This document shows, in pieces, positions 41,601 to 50,849 of a stretch of DNA of 64,000 nt. The translations under genes were made by a program, and so were the position numbers. The notes beneath the pieces are model-generated. The model had not been told where the DNA came from. It did not search any database and worked only from the letters and a program-made list of their open reading frames with translations. Numbering within the stretch: position 1 is the first letter of the stretch; each line of letters begins with the position of its first letter. Source of the DNA: Candidatus Poribacteria bacterium (lineage in GTDB: Bacteria; Poribacteria; WGA-4E; WGA-3G). Location of the stretch: NCBI GenBank assembly GCA_965214095.1, contig OZ243938.1, forward strand, positions 2,944,001 to 3,008,000. Direction: 5' to 3'.

Positions 41601-43513
41601 GCATCAGCCGTAGTAGATGTTTCGCTAAGTTTTCCGTTCCCTTCGGTTATTGCAAAAGTTACTGGTACTCCTGCAAATGGTTGATTTCGTTCATCTTGGA
41701 CTTCCACAACGAAAGGTAATGGTAGTGCTGTATTTGTCAATACCTGTTGTGTATCACCCGAAATTTTTAAAAGTCTTGTTGGAGTGCGTTTGTCAAACTT
41801 GACCTTTATCCCTTTCTTTTGCATAACAGGAATGTGTGTATTGATAGATGCGTAACTAAGTGGGTTCGAATGAAGATAGAGAGTTGTCAATAGGTCCATC
41901 TCTATGAGGGGCGATATATCCGAGATTGAATTATGGCAGAGGTCCAATAAATACAGTTGTGTCAACTTCGAGAGAGATGAAATATCTGAGATATTATTGT
42001 TGGTTGATCTTAATTCTATGAGGCGTATAAGTCCTGCAAGATGTGAAATATCTGAGATATTATTGAAACTAAAATCTAGAAGAGATAATTCTGTCAACCC
42101 GGCAAGAGATGAAATATCTGAGATATTATTGTTGTATAAGTTTAGATCTCCCATGTGTATGAGTTCAGCAAGAAATGAAATATCAGAAATGTTGTTGTAA
42201 GAAATATCCAAGACTTCTAGCTTTGGAAGGGATTCAATTGGCGTATAATCAGTTATTTGATTAGTATTCACAATGCCTCGTCCTTGAACATATACCCCAT
42301 CGAGATGGAGTCGTTGTAAATTGATTGCATTTTCAATTCCACTCAAATTTTTCACCCTACTATTCTGAGCTGATAAAGACGTTAACTCAAGCATTGTATG
42401 TGTTGTTAGGGTGTGAGATAAATTCAATCCCAAATCTCTCCGAACCGCTGCTGCTAAATTCATATCTGGAATTGAAACTACTCTCGGAGGAGGCAGAATT
42501 TGTGATATGTCAATAGGAAAGCTTTTAGCGGAGACATTTCCGTTGACATCAATTACTCTTAAACCTACGAATTCAGTCTTTGTTGTAATGTAGGATGACT
42601 TGAGTTCAATAGTGCTTTTTGTTCCATTTATTCTCTTACATGCCTTGACAGATACATTAGTGAAATTAGGGAATAGTCGTGCCTGGTAGAGTCTATCAGG
42701 AGCGAATAGTCGTGCCTGGTAGAGTCCATCAGGGTCAGAAACTTCAAACTTAGAGCTGATTACATTCGGTGCAGATTCAAGAGTTGTTGATAGTATTTTA
42801 ATCTCTGCAGATTCGTTAGAAAAGGTGTTGTCAGAATTGAAGGCACGATGCACATTCAACCATTCAGCATCACATGGTGATAATGCTCCTCGTCCTGGTC
42901 CGTAAGACATGATGTAATCAGCGTCGCGGAAATCATGATTTAAACCAAAGACATGTCCAAGTTCGTGGGCAGTTATTATGTAATGATTGACAATACTCCA
43001 TTTGTCAACACCACAAACCAAAGCAAATCCTCCTGATCCGCTCCCTAAGCTTGCCATTCCTGAAAAGTAAGTGCACAAGACAGTCCTACTATCACCTACG
43101 TTATTTGCTGCGACTGTAAGAACAATGTGATGTTGTTTTACATCACTTGTTAGTTGTAATGTTTCCGTAACTTCTTTTCGGACATAATTAAATGGATTAT
43201 CCTGATAATATACAGTATCGTGTTTTCCAGGAATTTGATATACTATTGCTTTTCCATCCGCGTCTGATTCAAACGTAAAGGTCTTTCTGCCGTATCCATG
43301 CCGATCCATCTGCTCAGCAAAGTATTGTTGTACTTTTTTAATGAGTGCATCCATACCAGAGTCTATATCATCGTGAGGATCCACATCTTTTGGATAGAAA
43401 TAAGCAAGTCTTACCATCGGACGTTCATTTTGTGCATGTGCAAAGTCCTGTACCAAACAGAAAACCATGAGACTTACAATTCCAATCAATGATAACTTTC
43501 TTTTCATGATCAA
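38621..43513 (-). CDS. Large secreted metzincin-LRR-Ig(Big_1)-dockerin protein with FlgD/T9SS-like C-terminal domain
   Basis: Signal peptide; HELGHVFGLNH plus IMSY Met-turn; three internalin-like LRR blocks (NNISDISPL); ISGD.Q Big domains; DVNVDG dockerin; NYPNPFNPETWIPY C-terminus. Confidence 0.88.
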   Translation of the reverse strand: MIMKRKLSLIGIVSLMVFCLVQDFAHAQNERPMVRLAYFYPKDVDPHDDIDSGMDALIKKVQQYFAEQMDRHGYGRKTFTFESDADGKAIVYQIPGKHDTVYYQDNPFNYVRKEVTETLQLTSDVKQHHIVLTVAANNVGDSRTVLCTYFSGMASLGSGSGGFALVCGVDKWSIVNHYIITAHELGHVFGLNHDFRDADYIMSYGPGRGALSPCDAEWLNVHRAFNSDNTFSNESAEIKILSTTLESAPNVISSKFEVSDPDGLYQARLFAPDRLYQARLFPNFTNVSVKACKRINGTKSTIELKSSYITTKTEFVGLRVIDVNGNVSAKSFPIDISQILPPPRVVSIPDMNLAAAVRRDLGLNLSHTLTTHTMLELTSLSAQNSRVKNLSGIENAINLQRLHLDGVYVQGRGIVNTNQITDYTPIESLPKLEVLDISYNNISDISFLAELIHMGDLNLYNNNISDISSLAGLTELSLLDFSFNNISDISHLAGLIRLIELRSTNNNISDISSLSKLTQLYLLDLCHNSISDISPLIEMDLLTTLYLHSNPLSYASINTHIPVMQKKGIKVKFDKRTPTRLLKISGDTQQVLTNTALPLPFVVEVQDERNQPFAGVPVTFAITEGNGKLSETSTTADAKGRAQGYLTFGEEQGDATVKVTAVHIEEPVTFTATAISIDLTVNIPNKNLHTNITETLGKPINESVTVGDMLTLTRLKANDANINDLTGLEYASNLTTLYLNNNSITDVERLAELTKLRTVSLNNNQLSDVTALGQLTVLDTLSLQNNDVSDVSTLTQLLKLKTLNLSGNLLNYASLNTHIPLLQTHGTSVSFENRIPTEIQNESASRHAIGGNAVVYVSVLDENGIAFAGVPVTLTLTPIGGSPYKVESVTNHSGNAHSGFKIGSTPGENKVRAQVKEIPHALDFTITGFDTKQVVQIPDKNLLAKIKGTLNLPANAEVTAGDMINLTYLYMPNSNVQDLTGLEYAYNLTALILGAEYINGQGWVNNNRVTDFSPLQSLTQLVYLNVAYSSQLNLSEIAKLTHLTYLDLTSNSISNSSPLNALTQLKTLNLSHNSISDISAFIKLINLEVLSLINNNISDISPLAGMTQLTQLNLGGNSISDITSLAELTQLTNLSLDSNNISDISPLKELTQLTSLGLRRNKISDISPLAGMTQLTQLALASNSISDVSPLAGLTQLVWLELSNNIILDISAFIKLINIEVLLLINNNISDVSPLQGMTQLIQLRLSSNNISDVSPLQGMTQLDTLLLDNNNISDVSPLVKLNLTGTQWNSTGLDIRNNPLNNDSIRTHIPAMQERGIVVSFDNITHPEFHLISGDKQEELVGRTLPSPFVVEYRDANGKPKEGVKVTFSITDGDAELTDTTIMTDADGRAQTFLRFGWKLGIITVNVTAEGINSQLTFTARAVLPENHVTEDVNVDGVVDVMDLVLVAATIGTTPPEGTYPNPDVNGDGVINSDDLALVMAALENAPTAPAAVMTAENLKRWIDEAKQLTNKDTTFLRGIGVLEQLLETLLPKKTALLANYPNPFNPETWIPYHLAKPAEVTLHIYAIDGALVQTLALGHRQAGIYEHQSRAAYWDGRNAQGERVASGIYLYTLTAGEYTSTRKMLIRK

Positions 43514-43552
43514 TCTCCTTGACTTATATATAAGTGAAATATATTGACAAAA

Positions 43553-45772
43553 CTACTTCCGTATCAACATTTTTCGTGTTGAAGTGTATTCTCCAGCAGT
43601 TAGGGTGTAGAGATAGATTCCACTTGCAACGCGTTCACCTTGTGCGTTGCGACCATCCCAATACACTGCACGAGACTGATGTTCATAGATACCAGCCTGT
43701 CTATGTTCCAACGTCAATGTCCGAACCAATGCTCCATCAACTCCATAGATATGTAAGGTTACCTCAGCAGGTTTTGCTAAGTGATACGGTATCCACGTCT
43801 CTGGGTTGAACGGGTTTGGATAGTTTGCCAAGAGTGCTGTTTTTTCTGGTAGCAGTGAGGCAAGCAATTCTTCAAGCACACCAATTCCTCTCAAGAAGGT
43901 TGCATCTTTGTTGGTCATTTGTTTTGCTTCGTCAATCCATCTTTGTAAGTTCTCTGCAGTCATTACTGCTGCAGGTGCTGTGGGTGTATTTTCTAATGCA
44001 GTCATGACTAATGCTAAATCATCGCTGTTGATAACTCCATCTGCGTTTACGTCTGGATTTGGGTATGTGTCTTCGGGTGGAGTAGTGCCGATGGTTGCAG
44101 CAACTAATACGAGATCCATCACATCTACGACTCCATCAACATTGACATCTTCTGTGACATGGTTTTCTGGCAAGATGGCTTTTGCAGTGAATGTTGGTGG
44201 GGATATAACACCTTCTGCAGTTGCACGAACGGTGACAGTGCCAACTTTCCATCCGAGATGTAGGAAGGTTTGTGCTTTACCATCAGCATCTGTTCTCACA
44301 GTGGTATCAGTTAGTTCACCTTCATCATTTCTAATAGAAAAAGAAATGTCCTCACCTTGTATTGGATTGTCGTTTGCATCTCTATACTCCACAACAATGG
44401 GGTCAGGCAGTACCCTTCCGATAAGATCTTCCTGCCCATCACTAGAAACTAACAGAATTTCTGGATGTGTTCTGGGGCTATAACTTATATCTACCCCTCT
44501 TTTCTGCATCGCTGGAATATGTACGCGGATAGATTCATTGCTAAGAGGATTCCTAAGTAGTCTTACGTCTGCTAAATATTTGAGATCTTTTATGGGTGCT
44601 ATATCCTTGACATCATTTCCAAAAAGATTTAATAAAACCAAGTTCAATGCATATTCAAGTCCTGTTAGATCTCTTATTCCTCTAAATTCTCCCTGTAAAT
44701 ATCTCAGATCCAACATTTTATGTGTGGTGATAGGTTGACTCGAATCAATTCCCACCCCTTGTTGAACTAATTCTTGTCGAACTATTGATTCTAAATTCGT
44801 ATCTGGTATTGATACAATTTTGGACTGAGGAAACAGTTGAGCAAAATTAAACGGAAAGTATTTCCTTGAGATGTTACCATTAGAATCAATTAGCGATAGT
44901 TCCACACTTTCGGTTATTGTCGTTATAAGACTTGTATTGAATTCAAAAGAGATAGTTTTGTTGCTTAATCTCTTACAGTCAATTTGCCAGTCTCTTGTCT
45001 CTGTTTGACTGTACCTATTATGTGCAATCAACTGTGCCTGATGTAATCCATCAGAATCGGAAACATTAAAATCTATGCGAATAGTGTCTGTTTTAGATTC
45101 AAAACTGGGTTGTATCATCTCAATGGTTGATGGTTCATTATCAACAGTTACATCAAGGTTAAATGCGCGGTGAACATTTAACCATTCTGCTGTACAATAT
45201 GGCATAATGATCGTTCCGGAATAGAGATTAATAAAACTGAAAAAGTGAATAGCATCATGCCGTAATCCAAGTACGTGTCCGATTTCGTGTGCAGTCAATC
45301 CAGCTATACCAGTAGCACCATTAAATGTCATTGCAACCCCACCATTTCCGGTGCCTATTGTTCCTTTTCCCGCAGCATCAAGGACATCAGTACTGAATTC
45401 TGGTAAACAGAAGATTATATCCTTTGAAATGTTAAAGGATCTACTTATCTCACCAATGACTTCCGAAAATGCGTTTTTACTTTCATAGTATAATGTGAGG
45501 TGATGTACCATTGCATTACCTTGCACATTGGATTCAAAAAGAAATGTCTTCCTACCAAAACCGTGTCGTTCCATTTCATCTGCAAAGGATTTCTGAACGT
45601 TTTTTATTAAGGTATCCAGTTTGGCATCAATGTTTTCCTGCGGCTGCGTATCTGACGGCATGAAATAGACAATACGTACAATCGGCCGTTCATTTTGTGC
45701 TTCTGTGAGACTGGTTATGAAAAAGAATGTTATGAAACATATAATGCCAATCATTAGCATTTTTCTATTCAT
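43553..45772 (-). CDS. Shorter paralog: metzincin-LRR-Ig-dockerin-CTD
   Basis: HEIGHVLGLRH; short LRR; C-terminal ~200 aa nearly identical to the 38621 protein. Confidence 0.88.
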   Translation of the reverse strand: MNRKMLMIGIICFITFFFITSLTEAQNERPIVRIVYFMPSDTQPQENIDAKLDTLIKNVQKSFADEMERHGFGRKTFLFESNVQGNAMVHHLTLYYESKNAFSEVIGEISRSFNISKDIIFCLPEFSTDVLDAAGKGTIGTGNGGVAMTFNGATGIAGLTAHEIGHVLGLRHDAIHFFSFINLYSGTIIMPYCTAEWLNVHRAFNLDVTVDNEPSTIEMIQPSFESKTDTIRIDFNVSDSDGLHQAQLIAHNRYSQTETRDWQIDCKRLSNKTISFEFNTSLITTITESVELSLIDSNGNISRKYFPFNFAQLFPQSKIVSIPDTNLESIVRQELVQQGVGIDSSQPITTHKMLDLRYLQGEFRGIRDLTGLEYALNLVLLNLFGNDVKDIAPIKDLKYLADVRLLRNPLSNESIRVHIPAMQKRGVDISYSPRTHPEILLVSSDGQEDLIGRVLPDPIVVEYRDANDNPIQGEDISFSIRNDEGELTDTTVRTDADGKAQTFLHLGWKVGTVTVRATAEGVISPPTFTAKAILPENHVTEDVNVDGVVDVMDLVLVAATIGTTPPEDTYPNPDVNADGVINSDDLALVMTALENTPTAPAAVMTAENLQRWIDEAKQMTNKDATFLRGIGVLEELLASLLPEKTALLANYPNPFNPETWIPYHLAKPAEVTLHIYGVDGALVRTLTLEHRQAGIYEHQSRAVYWDGRNAQGERVASGIYLYTLTAGEYTSTRKMLIRK

Positions 45773-45800
45773 GCTTTTCTCCTAATCAATTAGAATGGTA

Positions 45801-46895
45801 TTACTGCAAATCCATTACACAACGAAACCCAACGGTGATGTTCTTACCCTGAGGTGGGAGGGAGAATCGTGTGCTATTGCGAACATTATTTGCAGTAACA
45901 AGCCAAGAACCACCACGCAACACCCGATTAGATTGAACTATATCAAAGTCTTCAGAAATTTCTTGTATAGTATTAACCTCTGAGAATGGGTTGTCATCTT
46001 GAGAAATGGTGTAAAACTCGGCATCGTATTCATCAAGGCACCATTCCAACACGTTTCCTGCCATATCAAACAGTCCATAGTCGTTCTCAGGATATCTACC
46101 GACAGGTGCTGTGTATGCATAGCCATCATCGAATTTCGTTTCTGACCACCAATAGAGAAGCAGGTTCTTATCGGCGTAGTTGCAACGGCTATCCCGTGGT
46201 GAAGCATTCCCCCAAGGGTATTTTTGATTTTTTCTACCAGCACGTGCGGCTTTTTCCCATTCTGCTTCTGTTGGCAATCGTTTTTCTGTCCATTTGGCAT
46301 ACGCCATTGCATCGTGCCAACTTACAAGGACAATAGGGTGCTTATCTGTGGGGGCATATTCTGAAATTGCATCCCAGTCAGGTGCAGGATGTCCTGTTTC
46401 TTCAACAAATTTCCTATAGTCTTTTACTGTTACCTCGTTGATATCCATCAAGAATGAATCTACAAAAACAGTATGAACAGGATGTTCATCTTCGGCAGCA
46501 TTCTCTGAATCACTTCCCATTTGGAAATCGCCTTCTCGTATCAGTACCATATCTTCTGGTATAAATGTATAGTTCAAAGTATGTGTGCCGCCTTCCCATG
46601 TAAGTTGAATGGTGACATCTCCGATAGGGAAAGGTCCTAAGATTCTGGTTTCTACACTCAATTCCCTCAATTTTCCGGGTTCAACGGTAAGGTTCTCTGG
46701 TGTTCCAAAGAATTCTATTGTAATTGATTGGTCAGGTTCAAGTATACTGCCGCTTTCAGGTGTCGCAGACTTGAATGTTGCAGTGGGTACTTCAACAACA
46801 CGATCACTATCCGTATCCTCCTCTCCACAACCAGATACTGTCATCAACAATTTGCATATCATAACAATTACAATTAGGTTAATAACTTTCTGCAT
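45801..46895 (-). CDS. Lipoprotein with FGE-sulfatase (SUMF1/C-type lectin fold) domain
   Basis: SGC lipobox; FQMGS, RLPTEAEWEKAAR, DMAGNVLEW, RGGSW, GFRC. Confidence 0.92.
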   Translation of the reverse strand: MQKVINLIVIVMICKLLMTVSGCGEEDTDSDRVVEVPTATFKSATPESGSILEPDQSITIEFFGTPENLTVEPGKLRELSVETRILGPFPIGDVTIQLTWEGGTHTLNYTFIPEDMVLIREGDFQMGSDSENAAEDEHPVHTVFVDSFLMDINEVTVKDYRKFVEETGHPAPDWDAISEYAPTDKHPIVLVSWHDAMAYAKWTEKRLPTEAEWEKAARAGRKNQKYPWGNASPRDSRCNYADKNLLLYWWSETKFDDGYAYTAPVGRYPENDYGLFDMAGNVLEWCLDEYDAEFYTISQDDNPFSEVNTIQEISEDFDIVQSNRVLRGGSWLVTANNVRNSTRFSLPPQGKNITVGFRCVMDLQ

Positions 46896-46945
46896 ATTAT
46901 CTGTCCTTCAAATATATGACGGTGTCATACATAAAATTGATCTTA

Positions 46946-47057
46946 TACCATTTCTATAAATGTTTATCCCATTAACATTTGTTAAGAATGTCTTGAAGGA
47001 CTGCACAAACTGGCAGTTTGTGCTACAAAAATGCGGCGTTTTCTATTAGAAATGGTA
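46946..47057. mobile_element. MITE family A, copy 3
   Basis: 112 bp, perfect TIRs, TTA repeats at 46943-45 and 47058-60. Confidence 0.9.
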
Positions 47058-47130
47058 TTACTTACTAACATCGCGATGACTTAATACAACATATTTAATA
47101 TCAAATAAGTAATATAAAGTCAAATCTTTT

Positions 47131-48636
47131 TTAAATCAATGATGTTTTTTGTAAAATGCCTGTATCAGCGAAGGCAGCAGCGGGAGAACCGTCAAATATC
47201 ACATCACCTTCATGCATCAACAGGACGCGATCCGCATATTTCTGGGTGAGTTCAATGTTATGTGTAGCAAAAATGAGGGTTTTGTTTTCTTGTCGGATTT
47301 GATTGCAGAGTTCTTCCATCATACTTTGTAAGTGGTGTGCATCCTGACCAGTAGTAGGTTCGTCAAGTAGGAAAATATCAGGATGTAGTGAAAAGGTTGA
47401 CGCAACAGCAACGCGTTGTCGTTGTCCGCGTGAAAGCGAATACGGTGCTTCTGCTCCAATATCCGATAGTTGAAACTGAGTCAAAGTGTCATTGACTAAA
47501 GTGTTCAGTTTGTCCGATTTCAACTTCAGATTCTTGGGACCAAATTTCACTTCACCACGCACTGTCTCAGCCTGCAGCAGCAGATCTGGATTCTGAAACA
47601 CAATGCCTACTTTACCTGCTAACTGATGTAGTTTGAATCGTTTCATATCTTTTCCATCAATAGCAACTTGACCAGGATTAGGTCTGAGCAAACCAGCAAT
47701 GAGATTGAGTAGTGTCGTTTTTCCAGATCCATTTTCACCCATAATCGCTACAACTTCACCGCGCGATACTTCCAAGGATATGTCTTTGACTGCATGTTCT
47801 TCACTACTTGGATATTGATAATATAGGTTCTGGATTTCAAGGATCGGATGTGATGTGGGAGGTTTTGTACTAATTGCTTTTGTAGCACCGGTTGAATCTG
47901 GCAACTCAACACCTAAGTTGTGAAAGATTGTCGTATCTTGAAAAGCATCGGATTGTGGCAGGTCTAAACAGAGTTCGCCTTCATGCATCAGCCAAACACG
48001 ATTGCATAAATGTTGTACTTGCTTGACTCGGTGGGTTGCCAGTATAACTGTAATACTGAGTTTAGTATTCAGTTGTTTGACTATATTGAGAATATCTCTC
48101 GTTGCGCGTGGATCCAGATGACTTGTGGGTTCATCAAGAAGTAAGACCTGTGGTTGCATCGCACAGATTGATGCAAGTGCTACACGTTGTTTTTCACCAC
48201 CAGAGAGTTCAGAGACACGTCTGTTCTCATATCCGATCAGTCCTACTTGGTCTAATGCAAGGGTTATACGTTCTCTAATCTTTTCGGCTGGAAATCCGAG
48301 ATTTTCAAGACCAAAAGCAATTTCATCCTCTACATAAGTGCAAAAGAGTTGATCATCAGGATTTTGGAAGAGGAGTGCGACCTGTTGACAAGTGGTAACC
48401 AGTGATTGTTCGGCTACATTCTGATCATTCACATGAACAGAACCTGTCAGTGTTCCAGATGAAGAATGAGGAATTAGACCATTTATAGTGCGAAGTAATG
48501 TAGATTTACCACACCCGGTTGGTCCTGTTAGCAGGACAAAGTCACTTGGTGCAACCTGAGCATTGATGCAATTAAGTGTTGGTGTTTCTCGACTTGGATA
48601 GGTATAGGAGAGTTGCTCAATCTGAACTGACACCAT
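47131..48636 (-). CDS. ecfA: ECF transporter duplicated ATPase (A-A')
   Basis: Two Walker A motifs (GPTGCGKS, GENGSGKT), FQNPD twice, LSGGEKQR and LSRGQRQR, LDEPT twice. Confidence 0.9.
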   Translation of the reverse strand: MVSVQIEQLSYTYPSRETPTLNCINAQVAPSDFVLLTGPTGCGKSTLLRTINGLIPHSSSGTLTGSVHVNDQNVAEQSLVTTCQQVALLFQNPDDQLFCTYVEDEIAFGLENLGFPAEKIRERITLALDQVGLIGYENRRVSELSGGEKQRVALASICAMQPQVLLLDEPTSHLDPRATRDILNIVKQLNTKLSITVILATHRVKQVQHLCNRVWLMHEGELCLDLPQSDAFQDTTIFHNLGVELPDSTGATKAISTKPPTSHPILEIQNLYYQYPSSEEHAVKDISLEVSRGEVVAIMGENGSGKTTLLNLIAGLLRPNPGQVAIDGKDMKRFKLHQLAGKVGIVFQNPDLLLQAETVRGEVKFGPKNLKLKSDKLNTLVNDTLTQFQLSDIGAEAPYSLSRGQRQRVAVASTFSLHPDIFLLDEPTTGQDAHHLQSMMEELCNQIRQENKTLIFATHNIELTQKYADRVLLMHEGDVIFDGSPAAAFADTGILQKTSLI

Positions 48637-48658
48637 TTTAGTCTATCAAGATCAGAAG

Positions 48659-50644
48659 TTATGTTTGCAGTTCATCAATTTCAACTGGTATGGAACCGAA
48701 ACGTTGCACTAAATGGCGGGAAATTGAGTCTTTGAAAGCATCAAAGGTTTCCTGAACGTTCTGCTTGAACTCGTCATGGAGTTGTGCTTGCTGTTCTTGA
48801 ACACGAACAAATAGGTTGCTAATATACGTTTGTAATTCACCGAGACGTTCACTTTGTGCTTTTGTAAATGCTGCAACCGCTTCCTTAAAGACTTCCAATT
48901 CTGCTTCTAAGTATTCCTTGAACAGTGAATTCTGAAAATTCGCGAGGGCATTCTGTGCAGCATACTGAAAATCTGAGTGTATAGTTTCGTATTGTTTCTT
49001 AACTCTTTGACTAAGTTGCTGAGAATATTTCTGAATTTCGTGTATTCTATCACCTTGTATATTAACGAACTGGGAAATCTTCTCTTTAAATGAGTCTATC
49101 TCACTCGCTAAATAAGTTCTAAAATCTTCTACAGCGACGGTATGCCGTGTTATTTTCTCAAGATGGTATCCCATTACGGCTAATCGGATAGCCTCAGGGA
49201 ACATCTTGCGATGATTTTTTAGCACTTTTGCAATAAACTTGAGATATTGGTATCCTTGTTTGGAGAACATTTGTCGTCTAATGGAAAGGAGAAATGCATG
49301 TACCTCGTCTTTCTGAATGCTTCTCACGTTATGTGTTTTATACGGTATGTGTTCCAGCATGGTATAACATCTGTCAAAATAATTCTTTAACGTAGGATCA
49401 TAAAGTGTGGATATTACGCGTCTATACTCTTGGATAAGTTGATCCCGCGGCATCTCAGGTACAAAGTTCAGACTCATATCTGTATTGTTACCAGTAGATT
49501 CTAAGAGCAAACGATCTTCCTGTTTGAGTCTATGCCATAGGTCAGTTTCTTTGAGTGCAGTTAACAATCCTGCCATTGCCATTGGAATTCCGGCTTCCTG
49601 AATGAAATCTATGTGTGAATCAAACTCTGTATCACCATCAAGACCGATAATAAATCCACCCGTGACTTCCATTCCCTTGTGTTGTATTTTCCTTATGGAA
49701 TTCAATAGGTAACTTCCAGCATCTTCCTCTTTACTTGTATTTTGTCCTTTTGATGTTGTAATCAATGCATCTTCATTGGGTGTTTCAATACCAAGAAAAA
49801 CCATGTTAAAACCTGCTATACTCATTGCGTCAAGCATTTCAGGGATTTCAACAAGGTTCACACTTGCTTCTGTATAGAGTGAGAACGGAAAACCGCGTTC
49901 CTCTTGCCATCCCTGCACAGCAGGAAGTAAGCGCATTGCATCACGTTTGTTACCGATAAAGTTGTCATCAACAACAAACATTGACCCTGTCCAACCGAGT
50001 TTATACAACATTTCAAACTCAGATAACATCTGTTCATTACTTTTGGTGCGTGGCACACGTCCAAATAACTTGGTAATATCGCAAAATTCGCAGTTGAACG
50101 GACATCCTCTCGAAAACTGCAGTGCCATGGATCCATAAGGCTTTAAATCAATTAGGTCATATCGTGGTGGTGGTGTCTTTGTTATATCTGGTTTTTTGGT
50201 TTCTTTATATACCTCTTTAGCTGCCCCACTTTCAAAATCAGTCATAAAGTCTTCAAATGTCTCTTCAACTTCACCGAATAGAAAATGATCAACTGTGCCG
50301 TTACATTCCTCTTTGATATTATCGTAGTAAGATGTTGGATGGGGTCCACCTGCAATAATCGGCACATCTGCCCGGTTACACTCTTCAACGACATCATAGA
50401 GGGATTCTTTTTGAACAATCATCGTTGATGTCAACACCATGTCTGCCCATTCAAGGTCAGCATCGGTTAATGTCCCAACGTTCATATCAACCACTCTCAT
50501 GTTGTAGTTATCGGGGAACATGCCAGCAATAGTCAATAGACCGAGAGGCGGCATAGATGATTTTTTACCGATAAAATCTAAGGCGTATTTAAAGCCCCAG
50601 TAAGAAGGTGGGAATTTGGGGTAAACAAAGAGAGCATTTGGCAT
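48659..50644 (-). CDS. B12-binding radical SAM protein (DUF4070) with long helical C-tail
   Basis: PPLGLLTIA, AGGPHPT, RGCPFNCEFC, VDDNFIGN, GFIIGLDGD. Confidence 0.9.
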   Translation of the reverse strand: MPNALFVYPKFPPSYWGFKYALDFIGKKSSMPPLGLLTIAGMFPDNYNMRVVDMNVGTLTDADLEWADMVLTSTMIVQKESLYDVVEECNRADVPIIAGGPHPTSYYDNIKEECNGTVDHFLFGEVEETFEDFMTDFESGAAKEVYKETKKPDITKTPPPRYDLIDLKPYGSMALQFSRGCPFNCEFCDITKLFGRVPRTKSNEQMLSEFEMLYKLGWTGSMFVVDDNFIGNKRDAMRLLPAVQGWQEERGFPFSLYTEASVNLVEIPEMLDAMSIAGFNMVFLGIETPNEDALITTSKGQNTSKEEDAGSYLLNSIRKIQHKGMEVTGGFIIGLDGDTEFDSHIDFIQEAGIPMAMAGLLTALKETDLWHRLKQEDRLLLESTGNNTDMSLNFVPEMPRDQLIQEYRRVISTLYDPTLKNYFDRCYTMLEHIPYKTHNVRSIQKDEVHAFLLSIRRQMFSKQGYQYLKFIAKVLKNHRKMFPEAIRLAVMGYHLEKITRHTVAVEDFRTYLASEIDSFKEKISQFVNIQGDRIHEIQKYSQQLSQRVKKQYETIHSDFQYAAQNALANFQNSLFKEYLEAELEVFKEAVAAFTKAQSERLGELQTYISNLFVRVQEQQAQLHDEFKQNVQETFDAFKDSISRHLVQRFGSIPVEIDELQT

Positions 50645-50724
50645 AATTGGTATTACTCCTTGAGGACAATTCGCATGCCCGCATTGCCAACATTAAAAAT
50701 AAAAACACATACAGTCCAATATAC

Positions 50725-50813
50725 ATGATACTACAATTAATGCTTGTTGTCAACTAATTCAATTATTACAAAGTAATATGAAATTTGACAATTGCAGAAT
50801 TGATGTTTATAAT
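50725..50813. promoter_or_regulatory. Divergent sigma70 promoters
   Basis: Minus TTGACA (50753-48), 17 bp, TATCAT (50730-25); plus TTGACA (50785-90), 17 bp, TATAAT (50808-13). Confidence 0.75.
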
Positions 50814-50849
50814 TCATGGATATTTATTTGGTTACAAAGGAGTTACAAA

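Noticed and set aside
45801-45930. FGE-sulfatase C-terminus as a diversity-generating retroelement variable region
   Set aside because: No template-repeat copy and no reverse transcriptase seen in the window
38621-47130. Block between ecfT and ecfA as an integrative element or prophage
   Set aside because: No integrase, transposase, phage genes or flanking att repeats identified
50778-50849. N-terminal extension of the Cache protein in the ORF track
   Set aside because: Overlaps a consensus promoter; RBS and lipoprotein signal favour TTG 50850
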